A stretch of 64,000 bases of DNA from an uncultured Acidobacteriota bacterium (GCA_963770895.1 CAVYRF010000002.1:1248001-1312000), one strand, 5' to 3'. Positions 1-10,563 are shown, counted from the stretch's first letter. Translations and numbers: made by a program. The notes: generated by a model not told the origin, from the sequence alone.

Positions 1-3
1 CTG

Positions 4-591
4 GTGCTCGCCTCGGGCTCGCCGCGGCGTCGCGACCTGCTGGCCGGCCTGGGCCTGGCGTTCACGGTGCACAGCGCCGACATCGACGAAACCCCGCTCG
101 CGGACGAGCTCCCGGCGGACTGCGTGCGCCGCCTGGCCGCCGCCAAGGCCGCCGCCCGCGCCGAGGCTGGAGCCCTGGTCCTGGCGGCCGACACCGTGGT
201 GGTGCTCGACGGCGCGATGCTGGGCAAGCCGCGCGACGCCGCCGACGCCCGCCGCATGCTGGCGGCCATCGCCGGCCGCGAGCACACCGTGCTGACCGGC
301 GTGTCGCTGCTGGATGCCAGCGCCGCCCGCCAGCAGTCGCTGGTCGAGGAGTCGCGGGTGCGCATGGCGCCGCTCGCCGGCGCCGAAATCGAACGCTACG
401 TCGCCACCGGCGAGCCGCTGGACAAAGCCGGCTCCTATGCCGTGCAGGGGGTGGGGGCGCTCTACGTGGAGGCGGTCTACGGCAACTACACCAACGTCGT
501 CGGCCTGCCGTTGCCGGCCACGCGGCGCCTGTTCAGCGCGCTGGGCTACGATCTGCTGAGCTGGACTCTTCCGGCGGCAGCGGCAGGCTAG
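4..591 (+). CDS. maf: Maf family nucleoside triphosphate pyrophosphatase (5' end probably just outside the window)
   Basis: LASGSPRR, ADTVV, GKP and DKAGSYAVQG motifs typical of Maf/YhdE. Confidence 0.93.
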   Translation: MLASGSPRRRDLLAGLGLAFTVHSADIDETPLADELPADCVRRLAAAKAAARAEAGALVLAADTVVVLDGAMLGKPRDAADARRMLAAIAGREHTVLTGVSLLDASAARQQSLVEESRVRMAPLAGAEIERYVATGEPLDKAGSYAVQGVGALYVEAVYGNYTNVVGLPLPATRRLFSALGYDLLSWTLPAAAAG

Positions 592-598
592 CGGAGCA

Positions 599-913
599 CT
601 AGCCGCCGAACTTGATCGGATCGCCCAGCTCCTCGAGCGAGAAGTTGGCCATGATCTGGTGGCCGTTGAAGTCGAGGACGCGGAGGTCTTCCTCTTCTTC
701 CAGGTCCCTGACGATATTGGGGAAGGAGTGGGAGTAGCGCGCCTTGACCGCTTCCAGATCGACCTCGTAGGCGATGAACTTGTCGATGCCCTTGTAGCGG
801 AGCTTCCCCACCAGGCGTTCGTCGGTAAGCTCGGGGTAGGTCGACAGCACGAGAATCGGGCCGCTGCCGGTAAAGATGAGATACGCCCGAGTGGCGTTCC
901 TGGTCAGGTTCAT
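599..913 (-). CDS. conserved hypothetical cytosolic protein (~104 aa)
   Basis: GGAGGA RBS upstream of ATG 913; GC3-biased codons; globular composition (YLIFTGSGPILVL...LRVLDFNGH). Confidence 0.75.
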   Translation of the reverse strand: MNLTRNATRAYLIFTGSGPILVLSTYPELTDERLVGKLRYKGIDKFIAYEVDLEAVKARYSHSFPNIVRDLEEEEDLRVLDFNGHQIMANFSLEELGDPIKFGG

Positions 914-1092
914 CGCTGTCCTCCACGTCGCGTCGTGCGGATGGTCGATCGCGCAACAGTACATCACGAGGGCGCCACCGGCGGAAGTCCGCCCGGGTCG
1001 CCGGCGCCGGCCACGGCGGCCAGCGGCGGGGGCGACCCGCGGGCGTTCGACACGCATGCCAATGCCAGAATGATGCCGGGGAGGAACAGGCA

Positions 1093-1941
1093 ATGACGAT
1101 CGCTGTGGTTTTGGTGCGCCCGCGGGAAGAGGGCAACGTGGGGGCGGCGGCGCGGGCGATGGCCAACATGGGCCTCGACCGCCTGATCCTGGTGGAGCCG
1201 GCGGCGCAGCTGGGCGTCATGGCGCGCGCCTTCGCCGTCGGCGCCGGCCACATCCTGGAGGGCGCGGTCCGCGCCCCCAGCCTGCGCCAGGCGCTGGCGC
1301 CCTTCACCTGCGTGGTCGGCACCACCTCGACGCGCGACCGCCGCCAGGCCGTGCCGCTGATCGGCCCGCGCGAGCTGCCGGACGCCCTGGCGGCCGTGGG
1401 CGCCGCTGTCCCGTCCCCTGGAACCGGCGCGCGGCCGGACCCCGCGATCGCGCTGGTGTTCGGTCCCGAGGTGGGAGGGCTCACCAACGACGAGCTGGCC
1501 TTTGCCAACCTGGTGGTTTCGGTCCCCTGTGCGCCGCTCCAGCCGACGCTCAACCTGGCGCAGGCGGTGCTGATCCTGGCCTACGAGCTGTATCAGGCCG
1601 ATCTCGCCAGCCAGGCCGATCCCGCCGATCGAGCCGATCCCGCCGAGCTGGCGGATCGCGCCGAGCGGGATCGGGCTGCCGCCACCGCGCCGCCGCTCCA
1701 CCGCTTCGTCCAGCCGCCGGAAGCGGCCGCGGCCACCAGTGCCGAAGTGGACGGGCTGTTCGACCATGTGGCCGAGCTGCTGGGCCGCATCGGGTTTGAC
1801 CGCGACAGCAGCTTTGCGGGGGTGATCCGCGACCTGCGGGCCGCCGCCGCCCGCGCCCGCCTGGCCAGCCGCGAGGTCGCCATCCTGCGCGGCATCTGCC
1901 GCCGCGCCGGCCACGCGCTGGCGGGCTCGCGGCAGCCCTGA
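1093..1941 (+). CDS. trmJ: TrmJ/LasT family SPOUT tRNA methyltransferase with a low-complexity ADR-repeat insertion
   Basis: VVLVRP..EGNVGAAARAMANMG, FGPE..GLTNDEL, LNLAQAV motifs. Confidence 0.9.
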   Translation: MTIAVVLVRPREEGNVGAAARAMANMGLDRLILVEPAAQLGVMARAFAVGAGHILEGAVRAPSLRQALAPFTCVVGTTSTRDRRQAVPLIGPRELPDALAAVGAAVPSPGTGARPDPAIALVFGPEVGGLTNDELAFANLVVSVPCAPLQPTLNLAQAVLILAYELYQADLASQADPADRADPAELADRAERDRAAATAPPLHRFVQPPEAAAATSAEVDGLFDHVAELLGRIGFDRDSSFAGVIRDLRAAAARARLASREVAILRGICRRAGHALAGSRQP

Positions 1942-2022
1942 TCGACGGCGGTCAGGCGGAGACGATGCGGCGACATGGTAGAGGCGCCGGGGACTTCCGC
2001 GGCGCCCCGGCCGCGACCGGGG

Positions 2023-2598
2023 TCAGGCTTCGCGCTTGACCTGCTCCTGGATGAGCTCTTCGGCGTCTTCCTTGAGGAAGCCGCGCGCGACCATCTGGTA
2101 GGTCAGGGCGGCCATGCAGCGGCGCGCCACCTTGCGGACGCTGCCGGGGTGGTAGCCCATGTTGCGGGCTACTTCGCCGGGGTCGCAACCCAGGCCGTAG
2201 CGCAGGCGCAGGATCTTGCGGCAGCGCGGCGGCAGCTCTTCGAGCAGATCGTTGAGGTCCCACAGCAGCTGCGCCCGCTCCTGCGGCGCGGCGACCGGCT
2301 CGGTCAGCAGCTCCAGGATCACCGTGTCGACCGAGTCGTAGAGGGCGGCGCGGCGCTTGCGCCAGTAGACGATGCAGCGGTTGCGCAGGGTGACCAGGAT
2401 CCAGGCTTCGGGTTCCTGGATCTCCTGCCACTTCTGGATGGTGGCAACCAGCGATTCCTGCACCAGGTCTTCGGCGTCGTGAGCAGGGACGCGGTACCGC
2501 GTCAGGATCTGCTTCAGCTTGGGCCGCAGGCGGCGGAGGAGGACCTCCAGCGGCTCTTTCCCCAAAGGTTCCATGGGCGTTTGGTCTGCGACTGCCAT
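2023..2598 (-). CDS. ECF-type RNA polymerase sigma factor, no adjacent anti-sigma
   Basis: region 2 DAEDLVQE...W; region 4 LPPRCRKILRLRY...EVA..MG...SV. Confidence 0.85.
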   Translation of the reverse strand: MAVADQTPMEPLGKEPLEVLLRRLRPKLKQILTRYRVPAHDAEDLVQESLVATIQKWQEIQEPEAWILVTLRNRCIVYWRKRRAALYDSVDTVILELLTEPVAAPQERAQLLWDLNDLLEELPPRCRKILRLRYGLGCDPGEVARNMGYHPGSVRKVARRCMAALTYQMVARGFLKEDAEELIQEQVKREA

Positions 2599-2702
2599 AA
2601 TCTCCAGAAGGCCGCGCTGTTTGGTGCTCTGGCTGCTAATGATAAACCCGCCGGGGCCTCTTGCACACCCCGGCCGGGCGACCTGATAGACTCGCCCCCC
2701 GC

Positions 2703-3368
2703 ATGACGACCTCTGTCGAAGCCCCGCCGCGGGTCGCCCACAGCCTCCGCCTCAAGCCGATCATCGGCGTGGTGCGCACCCACGACACGCGCCTGGCCCA
2801 CGAGCAGGCGTCGGCGCTGATGGCGGCCGGCATCCACCTGGTGGAGATCACGTTCACCGTGCCGGGGGCGGTGGACCTGACGCGGCAGCTGCTCGCCGCC
2901 CGCGGCGCCGCCGGCCCCCCCTGGATCGGCATGGGCACCATCACCACCGCGGAACGCGCCCGCCAGGCGCTGGACGCCGGCGCGGAGTTCGTGGTCAGCC
3001 CCAACGTCGACGCCGGGGTGGCGGCGGCATGCCGCCAGACCGGCCGCTTCCTGGTGATGGGCGCCCTCACCCCGACCGAGATCGCCGCCGCCCACGCTCT
3101 GGGCGCCGACCTGGTGAAGGTCTACCCCCTGCCCCCGGTCGGCGGATCCGCCTACCTGTCCGTCGTACGGCAGCCGCTCGGCGACGTGCCGATGCTGGCG
3201 GCCGGCGGCTTCGGCATCGACGACATTCCGGCCTACCGTGCGGCCGGAGCCACCGCGTTCGGCATCGGGTTTCCCATCCTCGCCGGCGCCCAACAGACTT
3301 CCCCCGACGTCCTGGCGCGGCGAATCGCCCGCGCCCTCAGCCTGGCCACCGGCGAGGAGAACTCATGA
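2703..3368 (+). CDS. eda: KDPG/KHG aldolase (Eda family)
   Basis: EITFTVP, GMGTIT, AGAEFVVSP, GALTPTEI, VKVYP, AAGG motifs. Confidence 0.85.
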   Translation: MTTSVEAPPRVAHSLRLKPIIGVVRTHDTRLAHEQASALMAAGIHLVEITFTVPGAVDLTRQLLAARGAAGPPWIGMGTITTAERARQALDAGAEFVVSPNVDAGVAAACRQTGRFLVMGALTPTEIAAAHALGADLVKVYPLPPVGGSAYLSVVRQPLGDVPMLAAGGFGIDDIPAYRAAGATAFGIGFPILAGAQQTSPDVLARRIARALSLATGEENS

Positions 3369-3787
3369 GCACCACTGCGACCCCCGCCCGCCAGGTGGTC
3401 TTCGACCCCACCCCTGAAATCTTCGCCACCGACACGGCCGGCTCGTTCAGCTATCCGCTGCTGGTAGCCACCAAGGCCTTCCTGGCGACGGCCGTCTACG
3501 ACGAAGTGCGCTTCGTCTTCTCGATCTGGCACCCGTCGGGCCAGCGCACGATCGACCTCGACCGCGCCTATGTCGAGCTGCGCGCGTCCTTCGATCCCGA
3601 AGAGGATCACTGGACCAAGATCGCCGAGATCGAACCCGTGGTACCGCCCTATGCCGGCGGCGAGAGCTTCGACGGCTGGATCGTGCTGCCGATCCTGGGC
3701 TCCTCGACCGCCTTCACCCTGGTGGGCAGCGGCTTCGAGCCGCGGGCGCGCTTGCAGATCCGCGCCAGCGGCTACTTCGTCGCCTGA
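3365..3787 (+). CDS. hypothetical beta-rich protein (~140 aa), translationally coupled to eda
   Basis: ATGA overlap with eda stop, GAGGAG RBS, coding-like codon bias. Confidence 0.75.
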   Translation: MSTTATPARQVVFDPTPEIFATDTAGSFSYPLLVATKAFLATAVYDEVRFVFSIWHPSGQRTIDLDRAYVELRASFDPEEDHWTKIAEIEPVVPPYAGGESFDGWIVLPILGSSTAFTLVGSGFEPRARLQIRASGYFVA

Positions 3788-3818
3788 CCCCGCCATATCG
3801 ACGTTCTGGGCGCCCGGC

Positions 3819-5054
3819 ATGAACCACCTGGAGCTCCTGACGCGCCTGGCGCGGCCGCTCCCCGAAGGGGAGGGCAAGATCGTGCTGCTGGTCATGGACG
3901 GCCTGGGCGACATCCGCACCGCCGCCCAGCCTCTGACGCCGCTCGAGCACGCCGCGCTCCCCCATCTGGACGCGCTGGCCCGCCGCGCCGCCCTGGGCCG
4001 CCTGGTGCCGGTGGCGCCGGGAGTGACCCCCGGCAGCGGCCCCGGCCACCTGGCGCTCTTTGGCCACGATCCCACCCAGCCGGCGGCCGACATCGGCCGC
4101 GGCGTGCTCGAAGCCCTGGGCGAAGGCCTGCCGGTGGGGCCCGGCGACGTCGCGGCGCGCGGCAACTTCGCCACCGCCGACGCCGACGGCAACCTGACCG
4201 ACCGCCGCGCCGGCCGCATCCCCACCGAAGAGTGCCAGCGCCTGTGCACCGCCATCACCGCGGCGCTGCGCACGCAGCAGCCGGTCGAAGGAATCCAGGT
4301 GCAGGTCGCCCCCGGCGAAGGCTACCGCTTCGTGCTGCTGCTGCAGGGCCAGGGCCTGTCGCCCGACATCGACGATACCGACCCGCAGCGCCTGGGCGTG
4401 CCGCCGCTGCCGGTGACGCCGCGCCTTCCCGCCGCCGTGCGCACCGCCGCGGTGGTGCAGCGGGTGCTGGCCACGATCGAAGCGGCGCTGGCCGCGGAAC
4501 CCAAGGCCAATCGCGTCACCCTGCGCGGCTTTTCCCAGCTGCCCCACCTGCCGTCGATGCGCCAGCTCTACCGGCTGCGCTGCGGCGCCTTCGCCGGCTA
4601 TCCGCTCTACCGCGGCGCCGCCGCCGCCTGCGGCATGACGGTGGTGCCCACCGGCAAGAAGCCGGCCGACGCGGTCCAGACGGTGCGCGACCACTGGCGC
4701 GACTTCGACTACTTCTTCCTCCACGTCAAGAACACCGACGCCGCCGGTGAAGACGGCAACTTCGCCGCCAAGGTCAAGGCGATCGAAGAAGTCGACGCGG
4801 CGCTCCCGGCGCTGCTCGACCTGCAGCCCTCGGTCGTCGCGGTGACCGGCGACCACTCCACCCCGGCGCCACTCAAAGGCCACAGCTGGCACCCGGTGCC
4901 GCTGCTCCTCGCCTCGGACTGCTGCTCGATCGACGGCAGCGAAGAGTTCACCGAGCGCGCCGCCGCCCGCGGCAGCCTGGGCACCCTGCCGTCCTGCCAC
5001 CTCATGGGCCTCCTGCTGGCCAACGCCGGCCGCCTGGCCAAATACGGCGCCTGA
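3819..5054 (+). CDS. apgM: cofactor-independent phosphoglycerate mutase (ApgM type)
   Basis: MDGLGD, TPGSGPGHL, RGNFAT, DRRAGRI, TGDHSTP, HSWHPVP motifs. Confidence 0.92.
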   Translation: MNHLELLTRLARPLPEGEGKIVLLVMDGLGDIRTAAQPLTPLEHAALPHLDALARRAALGRLVPVAPGVTPGSGPGHLALFGHDPTQPAADIGRGVLEALGEGLPVGPGDVAARGNFATADADGNLTDRRAGRIPTEECQRLCTAITAALRTQQPVEGIQVQVAPGEGYRFVLLLQGQGLSPDIDDTDPQRLGVPPLPVTPRLPAAVRTAAVVQRVLATIEAALAAEPKANRVTLRGFSQLPHLPSMRQLYRLRCGAFAGYPLYRGAAAACGMTVVPTGKKPADAVQTVRDHWRDFDYFFLHVKNTDAAGEDGNFAAKVKAIEEVDAALPALLDLQPSVVAVTGDHSTPAPLKGHSWHPVPLLLASDCCSIDGSEEFTERAAARGSLGTLPSCHLMGLLLANAGRLAKYGA

Positions 5055-5097
5055 ACCAGGCCCCCCGTGACGGGGCACCGGCGCCGGAGGCGTTCGG

Positions 5098-5658
5098 CTA
5101 GCGGAAGCCGCGGCGCAGCTCGCGGCGGAAGACGTTGAAGGCTTCTTCGCCCCATAGGCAGACGACGACGCGATCGAGCTTGGTGCCACCTTGCAGGTAG
5201 CGGTGGATCTCGGTGAGCATGACCCGCGCCGCGCGGTCCATGGGGAAGCCGAAGACGCCGGTCGAGATGGCCGGCAGGGCGATCGATTTGAGGCCGCGGC
5301 GGTCGGCCAGGGCCAGGGCGGCGCGCACCGCCGAGGCCAGCTTTTTGTCTTCGTCGCCTTCGCCGTACTGGGGGCCGACGGCGTGGATGACCTGGCGGGC
5401 GCTGAGGTTGCCGGCACCGGTCATGACGGCGGTTCCCACCGGCGTGCTGCCGATGCGGTTGCACTCCACCTGGATGGAGGCGCCGCCCTTGTCGAGGATG
5501 GCTCCCGCCACCCCGGCGCCCAACTGCAGCCGCTCGTTGGCGGGGTTGACGATCGCATCCACCTCAAGACTGGTGATGTCGCCTTGCACCAGTTCCAGCT
5601 GGGTATTGTCGATGCTGAGCATGAGCTTATTTTCCGTCGTCAACGCACCCATCCCCAC
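5098..5658 (-). CDS. macro domain (ADP-ribose binding / O-acetyl-ADP-ribose deacetylase, YmdB-like) protein
   Basis: GDIT..DAIVNPAN..L..GAGVAGAI, VIHAVGP, PAISTGVFGFP. Confidence 0.92.
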   Translation of the reverse strand: MGMGALTTENKLMLSIDNTQLELVQGDITSLEVDAIVNPANERLQLGAGVAGAILDKGGASIQVECNRIGSTPVGTAVMTGAGNLSARQVIHAVGPQYGEGDEDKKLASAVRAALALADRRGLKSIALPAISTGVFGFPMDRAARVMLTEIHRYLQGGTKLDRVVVCLWGEEAFNVFRRELRRGFR

Positions 5659-5808
5659 AAGATTTTATCAAGCCTCTGCCCATTGCCCCTAACCGCGCCC
5701 TCCAGGCGTCCCAGGCGCACGGGTCGGGCCGCCCGCGCCGCCCGTCGCCGCCGCAGGGTGCCGCCACCGCTCCGACCGTATAGGGGCTAGTGTAGACTGC
5801 TGGCCGCC

Positions 5809-7782
5809 ATGTGGACCGAGCTCAAGCAAGAGCTGGCGCGGGAGGTGGCCCGCGCCGTCGCGGAGCTTTTCGCGGTGACCCACCAGCCGATGATCGAGGT
5901 GCCGCCACGGCGCGAGCTGGGGGACCTGGCGACGCCGGCGCCGATGCAGCTGGCGCGGGTGCTCAAGCGCAACCCCAAGGCCATCGCCGCCGACCTGGCG
6001 GCGGCGATACGCCTGCCGGCGGCGGTGCGCCAGGTGGAGGTGCTGGGCGCCGGCTACCTGAACTTCTTCCTGGACCGGCCGGCCTTTGCCGCCGCCATGC
6101 TGGAGCCCCCCCCCAGCGCGGCCGGTGCTGCAGGCGCGGCCGGCGCCGCGGCCCCGGGCAAGGTCATCGTCGAGCACACCAACATCAATCCCAACAAGGC
6201 GGCGCACATCGGCCACCTGCGCAACGCCGTGCTGGGCGACGTGCTGGCGCGCTGCCTGCGCAGCCTGGGGCGCACCGTCGAGGTGCAGAACTACATCGAC
6301 GACACCGGCGTGCAGCTGGCCGACGTGGTGGTCGGCCTGCTCGACCTGCGCGGCCTGGGGCAGGCGGAGGTGGCGGCGCTGCCCGAGCCGTTCGACTATT
6401 ACTGCTGGGATCTGTACGCCGAGGTGCGGCGCTGGTACGACCAGGCCGACGCGACGGACGACGAAAAGCGGCGCCGCAAGCAGCTGGTGCGCGACACGCT
6501 GCACCAGATGGAGAGCGGCCACGGCGAGCGCGCCCAGCTGGGCCGGCTGGTGGCGACCCGCGTGGTGCATCGCCACCTGCGTACCATGCGCCGGCTGGGG
6601 ATCTCCTACGATCTGCTGACCCATGAGAGCGACATCCTGGCGCGCAACTTCTTCGCCACCGCGTTTGAGCGGCTCAAGCAGAGCGGCGCCGTGCGCCTGG
6701 AGCCGGCGGGCAAGAACCAAGGCTGCTGGGTGATGCCGCTGGCCGACAGCCAGGAGTTCGCCGGCCTCGAAGACCCCGACAAGGTGATCGTCCGTTCGGA
6801 CGGGACGGTGACCTACGTCGGCAAGGACATCGCCTACCAGCTGTGGAAGTTCGGCCTGCTCGGCCAGGATTTCCTGTACAGCTATTGGCAGCAGGAAGAG
6901 GTCTGGCAGACCGCCTCGCACGGCGAAGACGCGGCCGCGGAGCATCCCGCGTTCGGCGCCGGCGAGCAGGTGATCAACGTCATCGACGCCCGTCAGAGCT
7001 ACTTGCAGCGCATCGTCCGCGCCGGCCTGGAGGCCCTGGGGCACAGCGCCGAGGCACAACGGTCGGTGCACTTCGCCTACGAGATGGTGGCCCTGTCGCC
7101 GGCGACGGCGCGCCAGCTGGGGTTTTTGGAAGCCGGCGACGAGGGCGCCGACAAGACGCTGGAAATGTCAGGCCGCAAGGGGATCGGCGTCAAGGCCGAC
7201 GACCTGATGGACCAGCTGCAGGCCAAGAGCCGCGACGAGATCGCCAAGCGGGACCGCGACGCCGACGGCGCCGACCTGGACGAGCTGGCGCGGCAGATCG
7301 CCATCGCCGCCCTGCGCTTCTTCATGGTCAAGGCGACCACCAACCGCGTCATCGCCTTCGACCTGGACGAAGCGCTCAACTTCGAGGGCGAATCCGGCCC
7401 CTACCTGCAATATGCGCTGGTGCGCGCCGCCAACATCCGCCGCCGTCTGGCCGCCGCCGGCCTGCCGGACACCGTCACGGCCGCCGCGGTGCGCGAGCTG
7501 CCGGCCGGCCACTTCGAACAGGACCTCTGGGACCTGATCCTGGAAGTCGCCCAGATCGGCGACCTGGTGGAAAAGGCGGTCGCATCGCTGGAGCTGTCGC
7601 TGGCCGCCCGCCAGGCGCTCGACATCGCGCAGCGCTTCAACACGTTCTATCACCGCTATCCGATCCTCAAGGAGAGCGATCCGTCGCTGCGCCAGGCCCG
7701 CCTGGCCACGGTGCAGATCTTCCGCCGCGGCTTGACGACCCTGGCCGAGCTGCTCGGCATCCCGGTCCCGGAAAGGATGTGA
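5809..7782 (+). CDS. argS: arginine--tRNA ligase
   Basis: VEHTNINPNKAAHIGHLRN (HIGH), MSGRKG (KMSK-like), FEGESGPYLQYA, C-terminal IPVPERM. Confidence 0.96.
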   Translation: MWTELKQELAREVARAVAELFAVTHQPMIEVPPRRELGDLATPAPMQLARVLKRNPKAIAADLAAAIRLPAAVRQVEVLGAGYLNFFLDRPAFAAAMLEPPPSAAGAAGAAGAAAPGKVIVEHTNINPNKAAHIGHLRNAVLGDVLARCLRSLGRTVEVQNYIDDTGVQLADVVVGLLDLRGLGQAEVAALPEPFDYYCWDLYAEVRRWYDQADATDDEKRRRKQLVRDTLHQMESGHGERAQLGRLVATRVVHRHLRTMRRLGISYDLLTHESDILARNFFATAFERLKQSGAVRLEPAGKNQGCWVMPLADSQEFAGLEDPDKVIVRSDGTVTYVGKDIAYQLWKFGLLGQDFLYSYWQQEEVWQTASHGEDAAAEHPAFGAGEQVINVIDARQSYLQRIVRAGLEALGHSAEAQRSVHFAYEMVALSPATARQLGFLEAGDEGADKTLEMSGRKGIGVKADDLMDQLQAKSRDEIAKRDRDADGADLDELARQIAIAALRFFMVKATTNRVIAFDLDEALNFEGESGPYLQYALVRAANIRRRLAAAGLPDTVTAAAVRELPAGHFEQDLWDLILEVAQIGDLVEKAVASLELSLAARQALDIAQRFNTFYHRYPILKESDPSLRQARLATVQIFRRGLTTLAELLGIPVPERM

Positions 7783-7783
7783 C

Positions 7784-8548
7784 ATGGATCCCAATACCGC
7801 TTCCTACCAGGGCGGGGGCCTGTCCGCCCCGCCACCCGCCAAGCGGACGTCGCCGTGGGTCTACGTCGGCTGCGGCTGCGCCCTCGCGCTGGTGATCGGC
7901 GCCCTGGCGGTCTTCTTCATCGGCAAGGGCGTCATGAGAAGCTTCAAGCACATGGCGCAGGACATGGCAGACCCGCGCATGCGCGAGCAGCGCACGCGCG
8001 AGATGCTGGGCTACACCACGCTGCCCGACGGCTACTACGCGGGCGGCGCGATCTCGGTGCCGCTCATCTCGGACATGGCGTTCCTCACCGACCGGCAGCC
8101 CGAGGCGGGCGCTTCCGCCCACGGCGGTCCGATGGAGTTCGACCAGCGCGGCTTCATGTTCATGAAGATCCTTCTGGCCCGCATCCCCGCGGGCGACGAC
8201 GCCAGGCGGCACCTGCTGGACAAGAACGGCCAGTCGCCCTGGAACTCGTCGGTCAGGATCGATGCCAACTCCACCCTGGGCGAGGGCGACCTGCAGGCCG
8301 GCGGCGCGCACGTGTACTACCGCGCCACGCGCGGCGACGTGACCATGAACCGCAATCACCACCACGGCCTGGTCACTCCGATGCTGATCGGCTGCCCCGA
8401 CAACCGCATGCGCCTGGGCATCTGGTCGGGACCCGACCCGGACCCGGATGCGTCCGACGGCCAGCTCAACCGCGCCGGCACACCCGCCGATCCCAAGGCG
8501 ATCGCCGCGTTTCTGGACCACTTCACCCTGTGCACCGGCGGCAGCTGA
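7784..8548 (+). CDS. hypothetical protein with N-terminal membrane anchor (PW..VGCGC motif)
   Basis: starts 1 nt after argS stop; hydrophobic segment after GCGC. Confidence 0.75.
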   Translation: MDPNTASYQGGGLSAPPPAKRTSPWVYVGCGCALALVIGALAVFFIGKGVMRSFKHMAQDMADPRMREQRTREMLGYTTLPDGYYAGGAISVPLISDMAFLTDRQPEAGASAHGGPMEFDQRGFMFMKILLARIPAGDDARRHLLDKNGQSPWNSSVRIDANSTLGEGDLQAGGAHVYYRATRGDVTMNRNHHHGLVTPMLIGCPDNRMRLGIWSGPDPDPDASDGQLNRAGTPADPKAIAAFLDHFTLCTGGS

Positions 8549-8596
8549 TCGCCGCCGCCGCCGGCCACCGGCCGCCGGCCTGAGCCAGAGGCCAGG

Positions 8597-9517
8597 CTAA
8601 TCGTCCAGGTAGACGATCTCCATGTGGCGGATGCGCCAGGCGGAAAGGGCGACCAGGACCGCGGTCAGGAGCAGCAGGCCCAGGATCGACGCGGCGGTGC
8701 CGGGCGCGTCCGAGAGCAGGGCGAAGGGACCTTCGGAGAGCGGCACCGGGCAGAGCGCCTGCAGGTAGTGGATGACCGACAGCTGCTTGAGGAGCGGCGG
8801 CAGCAGGAAGTGGATCGCCTCCCAGCCGAAGAGGGCGAGCGCCGGCAGCGCCGGACTGCGGAAGAAGAACCCCAGGGCCAGGAAGCAGGCGCCGTAGCCG
8901 GCACACGCCAGGGCGGTCACCAGCATGTAGGAGCCCAGGTGGGCCAGCCCCGGCCCATGGAACAAAAAGGCGTCGCGCAGCCGCGCGTCGTAGGGCAGGT
9001 AGTTGAAGAAAAAGGTGGCGATCGTCGCCGTCTCGAACAGCACCAGCGCCACGACCAGGCCGGTCAGGTACTTGGCGACCAGCAGCACTTCGCGCCGCAG
9101 GGGGGCGAGAAAGTAGAAGTGGAGGCTGCGGTCCAGCACCTCGCGGCGGATCAGGTTGCCGAAGATCCAGACGCAGCCCAGAAAGAGGATCACCCGCAGG
9201 ATGAAATCCTGGTAGGCGTGGGCCATCACCTGTGTCGCCATCCCCAGGGCGCTTGGATCGCGCATCGGAAAGGGCAGGATCAGCTGCAGCGAGAAAATCG
9301 CCGGCGTCGCCAGGGCCAGCAGCCACAACCCGATGGCGCGCCGGCCCAGAAAGCCCTTGCGCAGCTCGAGCCGCATGACCGCCGCGACCTGCTGGCGCCG
9401 CAGCCGCCAGAGCTGGGCCGCGGGCCGCGGCGTCGCGCCTCCCGCGGCGCCGCCGGCCGTGCCGGCCGCCAGACCGCCGGTTGCGCCGTCCGCCGCGGCG
9501 GGCGCCGTGTGCGTCAT
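8597..9517 (-). CDS. ABC-2 type transporter permease
   Basis: multiple TM segments, E..DRSLHFYFLAPLRR..L..AKY motif; coupled to ATPase. Confidence 0.85.
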   Translation of the reverse strand: MTHTAPAAADGATGGLAAGTAGGAAGGATPRPAAQLWRLRRQQVAAVMRLELRKGFLGRRAIGLWLLALATPAIFSLQLILPFPMRDPSALGMATQVMAHAYQDFILRVILFLGCVWIFGNLIRREVLDRSLHFYFLAPLRREVLLVAKYLTGLVVALVLFETATIATFFFNYLPYDARLRDAFLFHGPGLAHLGSYMLVTALACAGYGACFLALGFFFRSPALPALALFGWEAIHFLLPPLLKQLSVIHYLQALCPVPLSEGPFALLSDAPGTAASILGLLLLTAVLVALSAWRIRHMEIVYLDD

Positions 9518-10563
9518 GACTCACCTCCGGGCAGGATGGGCGTATCGATGAGATAGCGGTAGACCGCCTCGACGTCGGCGTCGGCCGGCGTCACCGAATC
9601 GACCCGCAGCTGCTGCTCGACCACCACGCGGTTCAGCATCTGGTAGAAGCTGGCGGCGTCGCGGGTGCGCAGCAGCAGGCCGTGCCCGCCGACCCCTCCC
9701 ACCCCGCCGATCAACCGCGCCTCGACCACGTGATCCTCCGCGAAGGCGCGCGCCGCCAGCAGCTGCGGCCGGTCGCAGCGGATCAGCACCTGCGCCGGAT
9801 GCTCGGCGTCCATGCCGTCGCGCACCTCCGCGATGTCGCCTTCGGCCACCACGTAGCCGCCGTTGAGCATCACCACCTGGTCGGAGATGAGGTTGACCTC
9901 GTGCAGGATGTGGCTGGAGACGACCACGTGCAGGCCGCTTGCCGCCACCTCGCGCAGCAGCGCGATGAGCTCGGCGCGCGCCATCGGGTCCAGGCCGTTG
10001 AGCGGCTCGTCCAGGATCAGCACCTGCGGCCGGTGGGCCAGCGCCTGGGCCAGCTTGACCCGCTGCCGCATGCCCTTGCTGTAGCCGGCGATCTTGCGGC
10101 CGCCGGCCTCGCTCAGGCCGACGCGCGCCAGCGCCTGGTCCGCCAGGGCGGCGGCCTGCCGCGCGTCGCAGCCGTGCACCCGCAGCAGCGACTCGATCAT
10201 CTGGTAGCCGGTGAGCCCGGCGGGAAACGAGTCGAACTGCGTGGCGTAGCCGACCAGGCGCAGCAGCGCCTCGGGATCGTCGGGGCGCACCCCGAGCACG
10301 CGCACCGTGCCGCGGCTGGGAGCGAGCAGGCCGGCCATCAGGTTCATCAGCGTGGTCTTGCCCGAACCGTTGGGCCCCACCAGGCTGGTGATGCCGGGCG
10401 GGATCGACAGGTCGACGCGGTTGACGCCCAGCACCTCGCCGTAGAATTTGGAGACGTTGTCGAAGACGATCCGGTCCTGGCCGGCCACCGAGCCCGCATG
10501 GCCCCCCTGGCTCGCCTGGCGCTGATCCTTCGCGTCGTCCGCATGCCCCCGAGCGGCGCTCAT
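9514..10563 (-). CDS. ABC transporter ATP-binding protein
   Basis: GPNGSGKTT, YSKGMRQR, ILDEP, SSH. Confidence 0.93.
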   Translation of the reverse strand: MSAARGHADDAKDQRQASQGGHAGSVAGQDRIVFDNVSKFYGEVLGVNRVDLSIPPGITSLVGPNGSGKTTLMNLMAGLLAPSRGTVRVLGVRPDDPEALLRLVGYATQFDSFPAGLTGYQMIESLLRVHGCDARQAAALADQALARVGLSEAGGRKIAGYSKGMRQRVKLAQALAHRPQVLILDEPLNGLDPMARAELIALLREVAASGLHVVVSSHILHEVNLISDQVVMLNGGYVVAEGDIAEVRDGMDAEHPAQVLIRCDRPQLLAARAFAEDHVVEARLIGGVGGVGGHGLLLRTRDAASFYQMLNRVVVEQQLRVDSVTPADADVEAVYRYLIDTPILPGGES

